IMG/VR virus record: IMGVR_UViG_3300042381_000268
Span: 1-62,871 of that record
Origin: a virus
Taxonomy: Duplodnaviria; Caudoviricetes
Strand: one strand, 5' to 3'
Length of the DNA stretch: 62,871 nucleotides
Both the position numbers and the translations under genes were made by a program. The notes under the pieces were generated by a model. That model saw nothing but the letters and a program-made list of their open reading frames with translations, did not search any database and had not been told where the DNA came from. Below are positions 29,995 through 39,988 of the stretch, piece after piece (positions within the stretch are counted from its first letter, which is position 1; each line of letters begins with the position of its first letter).

Positions 29995-31131
29995 TTAAGT
30001 TATTTTTTTAATTCTTAATTTGTTAGAATCCATGCCGTTAATTGCTTTGATTTTTATGCCATTTACAAATAAGCTTTCAGGAGCGCTAGTTCGTGGGGTG
30101 GTGCTAACATTGTTAGACTTAGCCATTATTTCCTTAACTGCATCCGCTTTGCCTTGTTCGTAAATTTGTTTCATAATTGTCTCAGAATTATCGGCAACGT
30201 ACATAGCTTTATGATATCCTTGAACATCTACAACTTCACCCTTATCGTTTAAGAACTTCTTAACTAGGTTAGAAATATCTGATTGTTTATCAATAACTGC
30301 ATTGGTATTTGGTATATTATACCTTAATGTTTTTTCACCTAAATTAAAATCAAAACCTTTGAAATCATTAGTGAATAACTTTCTGGTATCTTCTTTGAAT
30401 TTACCATGCAATTGCTCTGAACGTTTTTCGTCCTGTTTGTATCGGTTAAAAAATTCATTAGCTTCTTGTTGTTCTCTGTTAACTGATGGCCTCAACTTGA
30501 TTTCATCATAATATTTTGTTTTAACGTCTTCCAAGAATCTTTTTGCTTTTTCAACCTCTTCTTTAAATTCGAGTCTTTTTTTCCTGATGTCTCGATCATC
30601 GTCTTCTTCTTCGTCGTAACTAAATTTTTCTTCCATGAGAAATTGTATCTCATCGTCATCTAAATGTGGTCTTGACTTTCTATAATATTCTTTTATTAGT
30701 GTTTCACTTTTTATATTCGAGTAATCTACGTTTAACCTCGAATAGTCATCTATCGTACCTCCAGTTTCTTTCATAAAAGCAATAAGCTTTTCTATATTTT
30801 CCGGCAGAGGTTCTCCTGATGTTTTTGCTTCCGCAACAATTTCATTTAATTCAGCAACCGTTTCAACCTCTGGTTGTGGTGCTGCAATCATTTCAATTAT
30901 TTCTTTTTCTTTGTTTTCGGTAGCGACTTCAACGACTTCGTTTCCTTGGACCACTTCTTGCAATCCCACTTCGGGCTGTTGATTGCCCAACACGCTTTCA
31001 ATTGTTCCTTGCTCTTGAATGGCATCTTGTTCTTTTTTAGTTTTTAAATTTACTTTTGTTACCTCGTTAGGTTTGCCTAGCTTCCTTGGGGTTTTAATTT
31101 TAAATTCCCCTTCTTGTTTAATTTCTGACAT
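29995..31131 (-). CDS. Putative capsid scaffolding protein
   Basis: Acidic and helical, located between portal and MCP; YEQGKADA motif. Confidence 0.65.
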   Translation of the reverse strand: MSEIKQEGEFKIKTPRKLGKPNEVTKVNLKTKKEQDAIQEQGTIESVLGNQQPEVGLQEVVQGNEVVEVATENKEKEIIEMIAAPQPEVETVAELNEIVAEAKTSGEPLPENIEKLIAFMKETGGTIDDYSRLNVDYSNIKSETLIKEYYRKSRPHLDDDEIQFLMEEKFSYDEEEDDDRDIRKKRLEFKEEVEKAKRFLEDVKTKYYDEIKLRPSVNREQQEANEFFNRYKQDEKRSEQLHGKFKEDTRKLFTNDFKGFDFNLGEKTLRYNIPNTNAVIDKQSDISNLVKKFLNDKGEVVDVQGYHKAMYVADNSETIMKQIYEQGKADAVKEIMAKSNNVSTTPRTSAPESLFVNGIKIKAINGMDSNKLRIKKIT

Positions 31132-31161
31132 GATATAATATTATAAAATTGTTAATGTAAT

Positions 31162-33579
31162 CTATTCACCAAATAAATCAAACCCTAATCCATTCATTAC
31201 ATCACCGCCTGATGATTCAAAATCTTTTGGCATTGATTGGTTTTGTCTTTGATCTATTAATTCACTTTGCTGAGTACCTTGCATTTTTATTCTTTTATCC
31301 TTCCGGTCCTCAATTTCTTTTATTTTGTTTTGTTCTTTTGCTAACCCCATTTGAGCAAGCTGAGAACTATAATTAAATTCTTCTGCCATTAGTATTCTTT
31401 TAAGTTCCATTTCTGATTGCATTCTTTGGATCTCAAATTGTGCTTTAGCTTGCTCTATTTGTATTTGTGTTTGAGCTAGAGCTTCTTGTTTTTGTACTTC
31501 AGCCATTGCTGATTTTTCAGCTAACTCAGCATTTGCTTGCGCTTGTGCTTGAATATTTTGTTGCTGTTGTTCTTGTTCCCTGGCTATTTTTTTCTTTCTT
31601 TTATATTTAAGAGATTGATTAGCAAGCTTTAAATTTTTTATTTGTCTAATGTCAATTACATCCTCTAAGTCTATACCTCCTGATTGCAATGCTACTTGTA
31701 TGTTTTGTTCAAGTTGTGCTTTCTCTTCTTCGTCTGGTTCTAATTCTAAATAGATACCAAAGTCATGAAGATTTAAATTAGATATTTCTCTTAGCGTTTG
31801 CACATTAAACGTAGATATACCTTCTGTTAAACTATTTGCTGTTAATGGATAATTCAATGACTCCGCTGCTTTTAAGCATATATTTTCACATAACCTTAAT
31901 GTTAAATACAAACTTGATTGTACGATGTGTCTTGTAGCCGTATTAGAATTTGCTGCGGCTAATTTTTGTAAACCAACTAAAGCATTAGGATCCGGAGTAC
32001 TTCCATCTCTCGCTTCATTCAAGCCCGTAACATCACGTATCATTTGTAAATAGTATTGATACGTAGCTATAAGAGATTGTATTTTTGCGTTGCCATTAGA
32101 TGACTGTAATTCTTGTATTGGCATTCTAGCCCCGTTCTGTCCGCCGTCTTGGTTCATTGATCTACCGACTATACTACCTGTTTGGAAATACATACTAAGT
32201 GCTTCGGCCGCATTATAGTTTGTGCCATTACCAAGATCTACTTCTGCTAAACTATCAACATCTACAAATACTCCATCAGGTACAATCTTAGATAATACTT
32301 GTTGTAATTTTAAGTGTGTTAATTGAATCATGTCAGCAAAACCTATAGTTCGGCTTACAAGTGATTCTATTCTTCCGCGATACATTCTTGGAGCACATAT
32401 GGTATAGTTCATTTCAACCTTTGTGGTATCTGCATATGGGCGTGTCATAAACTCACTCATTTCCCATTTTAACATCTTTTCTTTGCCTAATATTTTTACC
32501 CCAGAGTATAATACTTCTATTGATCTAGAAACTCTTTTAAATGTATCATTTTCAGGTGGATTAAATCCATCATCTTTTTCTATAGCTTTCTCTAATCCCG
32601 AATCAGTTTGTTTAATTTTAAACACCTGATCCATAAAGGTTTTATATTCAAAATATAATACCTGCACATTACTTGAGTCGTAACTTTGAGCGTAATAAGT
32701 GTTTCTATAATTAGTGTCTCCTGGGAATTTTTCAATCTCCAAAAGATCTTCTTCCGTTAAACTTGGAAATTGCTTTCTAAGTTCTTCAAAACTAATAGTT
32801 TTAACTTCTCCAACATAATATATGTCTTCAAAGTTAGGATCCTCTGTATATGAATATACTAGGTTAGCGGGATCAACATAGTCTAATTTAATACCTTCCG
32901 CTTTATTCCAACTTGTTTTGGCTGCTCCTATACCTAATACAGTTAAATCGTAATTTATCTTTCTATTAAGTAATTCGTATTTATTTCTAGCTAATGTATT
33001 GTTTATAACTTCTTCTGCTGCTTCTTCAACAGCTTCTTTATATGTTAGTTGTAAACGCAATGATAATTCATCAGTGTCTTCCGGCAAATCATCTGGATTT
33101 GGAGAATTAAATAGGTCTGCGCCTAAATTATTCTTTATATCCATAAGCATATCCTTTGCCATCATATCTCTTAATATGCCTGAAGCGTAATCTGTTTTTT
33201 TCTTTACAGAAACAGGGTCTTGAGCATATGCTTTTATTTCGTAACTTTTACTTGATATTCCATTTACAACAATATCAACAAATTTTGGTAATACAGGTAT
33301 TGGTTTCCAATCTAAATTTAAATAAGACAAATCGCCATTAACTGATAATTCATCTTTATATTTCTGTATAGGTTGTTCTCCTCTAGCATATAACCTTAGT
33401 AAGTGAAATTGATTCCAATTAGCGCTCCATCTATCGCCTCCTATTCCTCCATTGCGATTACCCCGGAACCATTCGTTCTCGATTGCTTTAGCGACAGCCG
33501 TTCCATACTCTAAGCCGTTTTTTACAGCTATAGGCACTACTTGACTAGGAAATGTGCTATTATTATTTGTATAAATCAT
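31162..33579 (-). CDS. Portal protein
   Basis: 805 aa after the terminase; PKFVDIVVNG and IRDVTGLNEARDG; Gln-rich coiled-coil tail. Confidence 0.85.
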   Translation of the reverse strand: MIYTNNNSTFPSQVVPIAVKNGLEYGTAVAKAIENEWFRGNRNGGIGGDRWSANWNQFHLLRLYARGEQPIQKYKDELSVNGDLSYLNLDWKPIPVLPKFVDIVVNGISSKSYEIKAYAQDPVSVKKKTDYASGILRDMMAKDMLMDIKNNLGADLFNSPNPDDLPEDTDELSLRLQLTYKEAVEEAAEEVINNTLARNKYELLNRKINYDLTVLGIGAAKTSWNKAEGIKLDYVDPANLVYSYTEDPNFEDIYYVGEVKTISFEELRKQFPSLTEEDLLEIEKFPGDTNYRNTYYAQSYDSSNVQVLYFEYKTFMDQVFKIKQTDSGLEKAIEKDDGFNPPENDTFKRVSRSIEVLYSGVKILGKEKMLKWEMSEFMTRPYADTTKVEMNYTICAPRMYRGRIESLVSRTIGFADMIQLTHLKLQQVLSKIVPDGVFVDVDSLAEVDLGNGTNYNAAEALSMYFQTGSIVGRSMNQDGGQNGARMPIQELQSSNGNAKIQSLIATYQYYLQMIRDVTGLNEARDGSTPDPNALVGLQKLAAANSNTATRHIVQSSLYLTLRLCENICLKAAESLNYPLTANSLTEGISTFNVQTLREISNLNLHDFGIYLELEPDEEEKAQLEQNIQVALQSGGIDLEDVIDIRQIKNLKLANQSLKYKRKKKIAREQEQQQQNIQAQAQANAELAEKSAMAEVQKQEALAQTQIQIEQAKAQFEIQRMQSEMELKRILMAEEFNYSSQLAQMGLAKEQNKIKEIEDRKDKRIKMQGTQQSELIDQRQNQSMPKDFESSGGDVMNGLGFDLFGE

Positions 33580-35802
33580 TTATCTTATTATTTGCGAGCT
33601 ATTACCTGTATTGTTAAATCTTTTAAAGTTTAATGGTACAACTTGTTTTTGTAATGGATTTGATGGATAGTATAAATGTCTGTTACATGCCATTATAGCT
33701 AATCCTGAACTTATCGAAGCATCATGCTTAGTTCTATTATTTATATTAAACCTAGCCCAATCCTCTAATGTTCTTTGAAAATACATATCACCATACCCTT
33801 CTTCCTTTAATCCAACGTAATTTTCTATATACGTTTCAATCGCAGCAGCATGGGCTTGCATTATATCTTGCGATGAGTTAGGTATTCCTCCAACTTCACG
33901 CTCAAATGGCGATAACTTATTATACACCTTATCTGGTCTGTTAATAGAGTAGCCTCTGTATCCTCTTCTTTTTATATGATATAATAATCTTGGCTTGTTA
34001 TTCTCTGCTAATATAGGCATTCCGTAAAATACTATTGCCATAAGAACTTCTTCAAAAAATATCTCAGATGTTTGTGGTCTAGCTATATACTCTAAGAAAA
34101 ACCTATTAGGGGGAACATCCTCCATTGAAAATTTAGTTAATCCTGACAAGGCTCCATTAGACGCTCTTGTATCCACTGTTCCCGATATATCATAGCTATC
34201 ACAACCAAATGCTCCGCAATGTTCATTACCTGGGTATTTAAGTCCATCCTTTATTATTACGTTATTTTGTAAATGTTTAGGCGGTATCCACGAAACTAAG
34301 AATCTACCGTCTTTATTAGGGTGGAATATAACTCTAGAATCTAGTATACCGTTCTCCCATTGAAAACTGCCTCTTGTTAATACATTTGTATTTCTTAGGT
34401 CATCATTGTAATCTATTTGTTCATATATCTTTGTAAGATTAAACAACGACTGTTTTGTTTCATCTCTGAACGCGTGTTGTTCCGTCTTAGGAAACTGTCT
34501 ATAGTATTCGTTTAATCCGTCGGGATCATTCTTTAAACCATCAACTTCATTCTGCCAGTGCTCTAATACACCGTAATCTATAATATTTCCATCAACGCCT
34601 TTTACCGGTTTTTCTGGAGTGTCGAAGACAGGTATGCCATAAGTATCAATGAATCCCTCGTACGACCATTCCATAGGTATGAACAAACTATATAATCCTG
34701 AACTAGTCTGTCCATTGCGGTTTCTTTTCTTAACATCTGAATCATAGTAGAGCCTTTTAAAATTTTCTCCTCCTTTATCAAGCGCATTTGATGTTGAACC
34801 CATCATACACTTGCCAATAATCTTACTACCTAATCTTAAACAGGTTTTTGTAACCCTCCAGTTATTTAATATATTGTCAGGCCTCAACCATTTACCACTC
34901 TCATCATGAACTAGTAGTTTAAGTTTTTCCCCGTCATAAGAGTTATCACCCGTGTTTTTCCAATCTATTGTTGTATCAAGACCTTCAAGTTCTTCAGGAT
35001 TTTCTTGACTATCTAGTTTTCTTCTTGTAAACTTTGAAGCAGGAATCCTATAAGCAAGTTCTGTTTTTGGTCTATCCATACCATCTTGTATGGGTTTAAA
35101 GAAGAAAGGATAGTTAATTGAAATTGGGACGACTTTGTCGGTAAACATCGTTTTAGCATCTGCTCCTGATTTTGACAGTATACCAAATCTAGAATCGCTT
35201 GATATAGTAGCTTGATTTACAATTTCAGAAGAAGACATAAAAGAAAACCCGGAACGTCTATTCTTTAAATAGCACATTCCATAACATCTTGAATCCGCTT
35301 TGCAAGCTTCCCAGAATATAAAAAATAATCTATTTGATTCTCTAAAGTCAGGTGCCCCAACGTCAATCTTGCTCCATTGCAAGTACATATAATGTGTACC
35401 AGTAATATACGCAGGAGTTCCGTTGTTGTAAAATGAGAAGCCTTCTTCTCTACGTTTAAATTCGTTGTCTACGTAGTCATACCATTTTTCCTTGAAATGA
35501 TCTGGATATTTATTCCAATCAAATACACTTTTTATTTTTTCAAGTTCTTTCGGTATTTTTAATTGTTCCCAGTATTGTTCTTCTTTCTTTGGGGCTCTTT
35601 TATAAGAATCCTCAATTAAAGGCAAAGCAATCCTTAAATTCTGTATCTCGTATATTTCACCAATCTTACCGGTTTTGCTTATAATAACTAGATCATACTC
35701 TTTATTATAACCATACTTCCATTTATTATATCGGTTTTGTTGTTTAATTACGGAAGGTTTTACGTAGTCAGGGAGTACCTTATAAAGCGTTTGTTCGTAC
35801 AT
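33580..35802 (-). CDS. terL: Terminase large subunit
   Basis: KNRRSGFS Walker A, LLVHDESGK Walker B, GCDSYD and HDASISSG nuclease motifs. Confidence 0.92.
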   Translation of the reverse strand: MYEQTLYKVLPDYVKPSVIKQQNRYNKWKYGYNKEYDLVIISKTGKIGEIYEIQNLRIALPLIEDSYKRAPKKEEQYWEQLKIPKELEKIKSVFDWNKYPDHFKEKWYDYVDNEFKRREEGFSFYNNGTPAYITGTHYMYLQWSKIDVGAPDFRESNRLFFIFWEACKADSRCYGMCYLKNRRSGFSFMSSSEIVNQATISSDSRFGILSKSGADAKTMFTDKVVPISINYPFFFKPIQDGMDRPKTELAYRIPASKFTRRKLDSQENPEELEGLDTTIDWKNTGDNSYDGEKLKLLVHDESGKWLRPDNILNNWRVTKTCLRLGSKIIGKCMMGSTSNALDKGGENFKRLYYDSDVKKRNRNGQTSSGLYSLFIPMEWSYEGFIDTYGIPVFDTPEKPVKGVDGNIIDYGVLEHWQNEVDGLKNDPDGLNEYYRQFPKTEQHAFRDETKQSLFNLTKIYEQIDYNDDLRNTNVLTRGSFQWENGILDSRVIFHPNKDGRFLVSWIPPKHLQNNVIIKDGLKYPGNEHCGAFGCDSYDISGTVDTRASNGALSGLTKFSMEDVPPNRFFLEYIARPQTSEIFFEEVLMAIVFYGMPILAENNKPRLLYHIKRRGYRGYSINRPDKVYNKLSPFEREVGGIPNSSQDIMQAHAAAIETYIENYVGLKEEGYGDMYFQRTLEDWARFNINNRTKHDASISSGLAIMACNRHLYYPSNPLQKQVVPLNFKRFNNTGNSSQIIR

Positions 35803-36080
35803 TATTTAGATCTCCCTTCTGCAAATCCTTTAAATTGTTTAGCTGGTGTATCGTCAGTATCTTTGTCTTCAAGCATTCTTTCTTCTTCGTCTATTCTACT
35901 TAGAATTTCAAATGCATCAAATATGGCTAACTTCTTTGTTGCTGCAGCGTTCTTTAATTTATCTGCGGATAAATCATCATCCCCATTATCTAAGATAGCT
36001 TCCTCTGCAACTTTAATTAATTCAAGAACTGCTTTGTGCCCAGCTTGGATTATACTCTGCTTCGTTTCCTTTGTATTCAT
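35802..36080 (-). CDS. Hypothetical protein, possible terminase small subunit
   Basis: Small helical ORF directly upstream of terL. Confidence 0.45.
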   Translation of the reverse strand: MNTKETKQSIIQAGHKAVLELIKVAEEAILDNGDDDLSADKLKNAAATKKLAIFDAFEILSRIDEEERMLEDKDTDDTPAKQFKGFAEGRSK

Positions 36081-36633
36081 ATTTAATTACAATATCATTT
36101 GATTTCATACAATATAATCTTTCACCATCAACTATAAAGTCATATTCACCATAAGGCTTATATCCTATTAAGTCTCCACGATTGATTTTAAGCTCGTTTA
36201 ATGAGCTATTGTCATATTTTAGTATTCCAATAAGTCTTTGTTCTTTATCTAGCTTAAAATGGTCTATATTCTTTAACGGCTTTACAAAGCACCGGTCACC
36301 AACAGTATTCCATTTGCCATCTTGCTTATATAGATATATTTGATCCAGTTCACAAAAGTATAAATCTTCCATAAGATATGCGCGACTATTCTTTTGCTTT
36401 CCTCTAATATCATAAAATCTTCTAAATACATTATGATGTATAATTACTAGATCCCCAACTTTTATATCAGTATTTTCTATTGCTAATGGAATAGCTACAA
36501 CCTCTGCTAAATTATTTACAGATTTAAAGCTTTCAATCGATGTGTTGATAATTAATTCTTTATCCCCGACAGAAATCTTATTATCATACCGATCTCCCAC
36601 TGGTCTTACTAAATAGCTAAATACGCTTCTCAT
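36022..36633 (-). CDS. Tandem GroES-like co-chaperonin
   Basis: Two GroES-like halves: VRPVGDR..IKVGDLVI and VGDRCFVKP..GDLIGY..VDGERLYCMKSNDI. Confidence 0.6.
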   Translation of the reverse strand: MRSVFSYLVRPVGDRYDNKISVGDKELIINTSIESFKSVNNLAEVVAIPLAIENTDIKVGDLVIIHHNVFRRFYDIRGKQKNSRAYLMEDLYFCELDQIYLYKQDGKWNTVGDRCFVKPLKNIDHFKLDKEQRLIGILKYDNSSLNELKINRGDLIGYKPYGEYDFIVDGERLYCMKSNDIVIKYEYKGNEAEYNPSWAQSSS

Positions 36634-36860
36634 TAGTATTCTAAATCATATTCGATTGCAACAGCCATATTAACATTAAACTTTTTCCATGGCATTACCT
36701 CGTCATTCTTCTTTATATGTATACTATAAGAACTGTCTGCGGTATCAAACAGTATATGGGAAATCTCATGTCCCCCATATACCATTTGCCCTACCGAATA
36801 ATGCATTGCGTTATCTTTATAATCTGTTCCAATACTTATTTTTCTTATAACTTGGTCCAC
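36633..36860 (-). CDS. Hypothetical protein
   Basis: Translationally coupled ORF. Confidence 0.7.
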   Translation of the reverse strand: MDQVIRKISIGTDYKDNAMHYSVGQMVYGGHEISHILFDTADSSYSIHIKKNDEVMPWKKFNVNMAVAIEYDLEY

Positions 36861-36862
36861 GA

Positions 36863-37102
36863 TTATTCATCTTTTTTCTCGAGTTCAGTATATGAGCCGT
36901 CTTCGAGATTAATATTTATAGCACCATATTCTTTTTCAAGTTCAGCTTTAGTCTCTTCAATTTCTTTATTAACCTCAGCAATCTGATGTAATAATGCGTG
37001 TTTTTGTGATTCTAAAACTCCAATATTGGCCAGCATCATATTTAATGCTTTTTGCTGATCTGTAATTTTGTCTAATTGTTCTTTTGTGATTTTGTTTTCC
37101 AT
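36863..37102 (-). CDS. Hypothetical coiled-coil protein
   Basis: Heptad pattern ending in YGAININLEDG. Confidence 0.7.
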   Translation of the reverse strand: MENKITKEQLDKITDQQKALNMMLANIGVLESQKHALLHQIAEVNKEIEETKAELEKEYGAININLEDGSYTELEKKDE

Positions 37103-37133
37103 TTTTATTTAATTTGATTATTTTTTAAACATT

Positions 37134-37679
37134 TTAACGTCTAGATCTTTTCATTGCATTTTCAAAATAAGCCACCTTTTTTTCTTTATCACCTCTGTCA
37201 GAAATACTGTCTGATACAAACTGATGACGAAGATCGGTATTAGTCATTCGCGATGTATTCTTTGGGTTTAGATAAGACCCAAAAGCCTGCTGAGTACTAG
37301 TGCCTGGGCCTTGAATTCCTGATTTTGCAACTATTTTACCTGTTTTTTTATCAGTAACCATACTGTTAGGGCCACCACTCTTAAATACTTTGTCAAAATC
37401 AGAAATAGCAGATTGTCCTGTAAGGAAGTTAAAAGCAACACCTTGTTGTTTTACTGAACCTTTGCTTACAAGTTTTGTAGCCGAATCTGCCGATTTTGCT
37501 GTTACCCCTTTCTTGAGTTCCGTGGTTAGTTGGTGTTTATAATTTTTAACGTCCGTATCTTTTTCCGTAGCTTTTTTTGCAATATATGCTTTTGTTTCTT
37601 TAGAATCGCCTTTTGGCTGAGTCGTTGTTGTAGTTGCACTTTTAGGTACTACTTTCTTTTTTGCTGGTGTTGTTGGCAT
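37134..37679 (-). CDS. Hypothetical basic protein
   Basis: ORF within the operon. Confidence 0.65.
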   Translation of the reverse strand: MPTTPAKKKVVPKSATTTTTQPKGDSKETKAYIAKKATEKDTDVKNYKHQLTTELKKGVTAKSADSATKLVSKGSVKQQGVAFNFLTGQSAISDFDKVFKSGGPNSMVTDKKTGKIVAKSGIQGPGTSTQQAFGSYLNPKNTSRMTNTDLRHQFVSDSISDRGDKEKKVAYFENAMKRSRR

Positions 37680-37692
37680 TTTGTTTGTTTGT

Positions 37693-38058
37693 TTAGTTTT
37701 TATTATTTACTCTTGTGTATATTAGTACGCCAGGGTATCCGCTACGTATATCTAAAGCCATAGTATTTTCGTTTATAATGGTAAATGTTGAAGATGCTTC
37801 AAAATCCAATTCTTCAAATACAGTCTTTAAATAAAAAGTATTATCTACTATCTTGTGTTCTAAAATAGTTAAAGAATCACCTGTATAAGATGAAACTTCT
37901 ATTATTGTTAATTTGTTATTATCTGAAACATTAAACCATATTTCAGTACCCTGACCATTAGAAGTCCATTGCCCCTTTAAAAACTGATTACTCATTTTTT
38001 GAGCATTAGCAAAAGAGAACATAAAAAATAAACCTAGTAATAAAAATAATTTTTTCAT
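37693..38058 (-). CDS. Secreted/periplasmic beta-rich protein
   Basis: Bacteroidota-like signal peptide MKKLFLLL...ANA-Q. Confidence 0.65.
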   Translation of the reverse strand: MKKLFLLLGLFFMFSFANAQKMSNQFLKGQWTSNGQGTEIWFNVSDNNKLTIIEVSSYTGDSLTILEHKIVDNTFYLKTVFEELDFEASSTFTIINENTMALDIRSGYPGVLIYTRVNNKN

Positions 38059-38120
38059 AATATATTTGATTAAAGTTATATATTATTATTATTACGCGTA
38101 TTTATTACATTTTATTACAA

Positions 38121-38246
38121 TTACTTTCTTTTAACTTTACCGTATTCTTTTTTTTGCTCGGCTTTTGATTCAGTTTTTTCGTGCTTTTTCATTGCAGCTT
38201 TAGAAGTATACTTTTCTTTGGTCTTTTTTTCTACTATTTTTTTCAT
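38121..38246 (-). CDS. 41-aa Lys-rich peptide (not in ORF track)
   Basis: MKKIVEKKTKEKYTSKAAMKKHEKTESKAEQKKEYGKVKRK*. Confidence 0.55.
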   Translation of the reverse strand: MKKIVEKKTKEKYTSKAAMKKHEKTESKAEQKKEYGKVKRK

Positions 38247-38248
38247 AA

Positions 38249-38395
38249 TTATTTCTTTTTAGTTTTAGCTTTTATTTTTTTTGCTTCTGAAAGCATTGCT
38301 TTGGTTGGTTTTTTACCACTACCTTTATTTTCTCTAATGTTATCCCAAAGTCCACGTCTTGACGTAGATCCATCTTTTCTTTTTAACAGTTCCAT
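38249..38395 (-). CDS. 48-aa basic peptide (not in ORF track)
   Basis: MELLKRKDGSTSRRGLWDNIRENKGSGKKPT...KKK*. Confidence 0.6.
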   Translation of the reverse strand: MELLKRKDGSTSRRGLWDNIRENKGSGKKPTKAMLSEAKKIKAKTKKK

Positions 38396-38655
38396 TTGTC
38401 TAATGCTAATTTTTTTCTTGTAGGTTCTCCATTCGGTTTTTTCATAGGACCTGGCATACCAGACATTCTAGCACAAAAAGATTTACGTCTTTTAGCATCT
38501 TTACTGCCTGCCTTTAATTTAGAAGGTTTTGTAGTAACCGCTGTCTGTAATTTACTGCCTGGGTTTTCTTTTCTATATGAAGCTACTCCTTTAGCGTTTA
38601 GACCGCCTTTAGGATCCTTGCCCTCTTTACGAGTCCACGCTGCCGTCTTTGCCAT
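38383..38655 (-). CDS. Small basic phage protein
   Basis: AWTRKEGK..GGLNAKG..RRKSFCARM..LDKWNC, a motif widespread in aquatic phages. Confidence 0.75.
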   Translation of the reverse strand: MAKTAAWTRKEGKDPKGGLNAKGVASYRKENPGSKLQTAVTTKPSKLKAGSKDAKRRKSFCARMSGMPGPMKKPNGEPTRKKLALDKWNC

Positions 38656-38854
38656 CTTTATTATCTTTTAAATGAATCCATTTGTGTAATGTGTAACCTA
38701 TAGATACCAAAAGTAAAGTTATCTTTAAGTACGTTTCTATATTAGTCATACTAAGCATCAATGCTCCAGTATTCAATAGGTATATCCTTGCGTCTGTAAC
38801 GTTCACTTTATCGTATTTTAGCGCGTTGCGTAATAGGCATACTAAGAGGAGCAT
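38627..38854 (-). CDS. Small membrane protein (holin-like); true start probably downstream
   Basis: TM segment LKITLLLVSIGYT. Confidence 0.5.
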   Translation of the reverse strand: MLLLVCLLRNALKYDKVNVTDARIYLLNTGALMLSMTNIETYLKITLLLVSIGYTLHKWIHLKDNKDGKDGSVDS

Positions 38855-39023
38855 CGCAACTACAATCTTTTTTTAGTTTTATGCCATTCTTGCCATTGCT
38901 AGCTCCTGGTTTCATTGGATATCCTGCTGTATCTAATGGACCATCCCACAAGTGATTTAAACCTGATGTTTTAGGTTTTTCTAGTTTCATCAAATGAGGA
39001 TCTTTAATATCGGGAGTATACAT
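38808..39023 (-). CDS. Hypothetical protein
   Basis: ORF within the operon. Confidence 0.6.
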   Translation of the reverse strand: MYTPDIKDPHLMKLEKPKTSGLNHLWDGPLDTAGYPMKPGASNGKNGIKLKKDCSCDAPLSMPITQRAKIR

Positions 39024-39034
39024 AATATAGTTAT

Positions 39035-39286
39035 TTATAAGGTTGATAAATTATAGTTTGGAACAACCGGAGTTTTAACGGCTGAGGGGGGCGGTGGGGG
39101 CATGGATCTATCAAATGACCCTTGCATTGGAGCACCATACATATTAATCATTGATTGTTGGTCTCCAGGCGAAAACGGAACCGGAGCCCCTGTTGCTTTA
39201 ACGCCAGGATTAAATAATCTAGGATCCGCCGTAGTAGACGCTGGCTGTGCTAGTGTTTGTTGGTTTGTAACTCCTATATTATTCAT
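39035..39286 (-). CDS. Pro-rich hypothetical protein
   Basis: ORF within the operon. Confidence 0.55.
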   Translation of the reverse strand: MNNIGVTNQQTLAQPASTTADPRLFNPGVKATGAPVPFSPGDQQSMINMYGAPMQGSFDRSMPPPPPSAVKTPVVPNYNLSTL

Positions 39287-39728
39287 AATTCGTATTTTTA
39301 TTTGCGTTATTTATAGACTTAATTAATACCGTATCAGTATAAGTTTTGCCTCTCATTATTTTGTTGCTTCTTGGGCTTGTTGGTATTTCTTCTTCACCAA
39401 TCATTATTCGATACATGCGATTTATTAGCATTCTACACTTAAAAGAAACTTTATATATATTGTATTTTTGGGTTGTATGATTTCTATTTCTCCACACAAC
39501 TATCCATCCTTCTTTTAATAAATTATTCCAGCGTTTATTATCCCAGCTATAAGCGTATGTACCTATCTTGTAATCTTGCTTTGTGAAAAAATCCATACAA
39601 TCAAAATAGATCAGTAGCTCTAGATCGGCATCGGTTAAATCATTATTCCTGCATGCCCATCTGCGAATTATCCTGTAGTGTTTTAATATATTGTTATTTC
39701 TGAGATCGCTAAATTCTAAACGTTTCAT
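39279..39728 (-). CDS. Hypothetical protein, possible winged-helix
   Basis: LTDADLELLIY...LLKEGWIVVWR...IYKVS pattern. Confidence 0.55.
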   Translation of the reverse strand: MKRLEFSDLRNNNILKHYRIIRRWACRNNDLTDADLELLIYFDCMDFFTKQDYKIGTYAYSWDNKRWNNLLKEGWIVVWRNRNHTTQKYNIYKVSFKCRMLINRMYRIMIGEEEIPTSPRSNKIMRGKTYTDTVLIKSINNANKNTNYE

Positions 39729-39988
39729 AATTTAACAACAATATCATCTATCTTTATTAACCTGTAATCTTTATCTACTCCCTCAAGCATATGACCGGCG
39801 ACCATATCATATAATATCTTAGTGCCCGGTTCTAAACCTAATATAGGCATTCCTGTTGAGATAATTTCTGCTTCTCTATATCTTATGTCTTCTCTGGTTT
39901 TATTGTCCATTAAAAGCCCTTTTTCACTTTTGCTTAAAATATCTTTTTTAGGCAAAACTATTACATACTTACCTATTGCTTCCATCAA
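39725..39988 (-). CDS. groES: Co-chaperonin GroES
   Basis: AIGKYVIV..KGLL..AEIISTG..G..ILYD..YRLIKIDDIVVKL; adjacent to groEL. Confidence 0.8.
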   Translation of the reverse strand: MMEAIGKYVIVLPKKDILSKSEKGLLMDNKTREDIRYREAEIISTGMPILGLEPGTKILYDMVAGHMLEGVDKDYRLIKIDDIVVKL

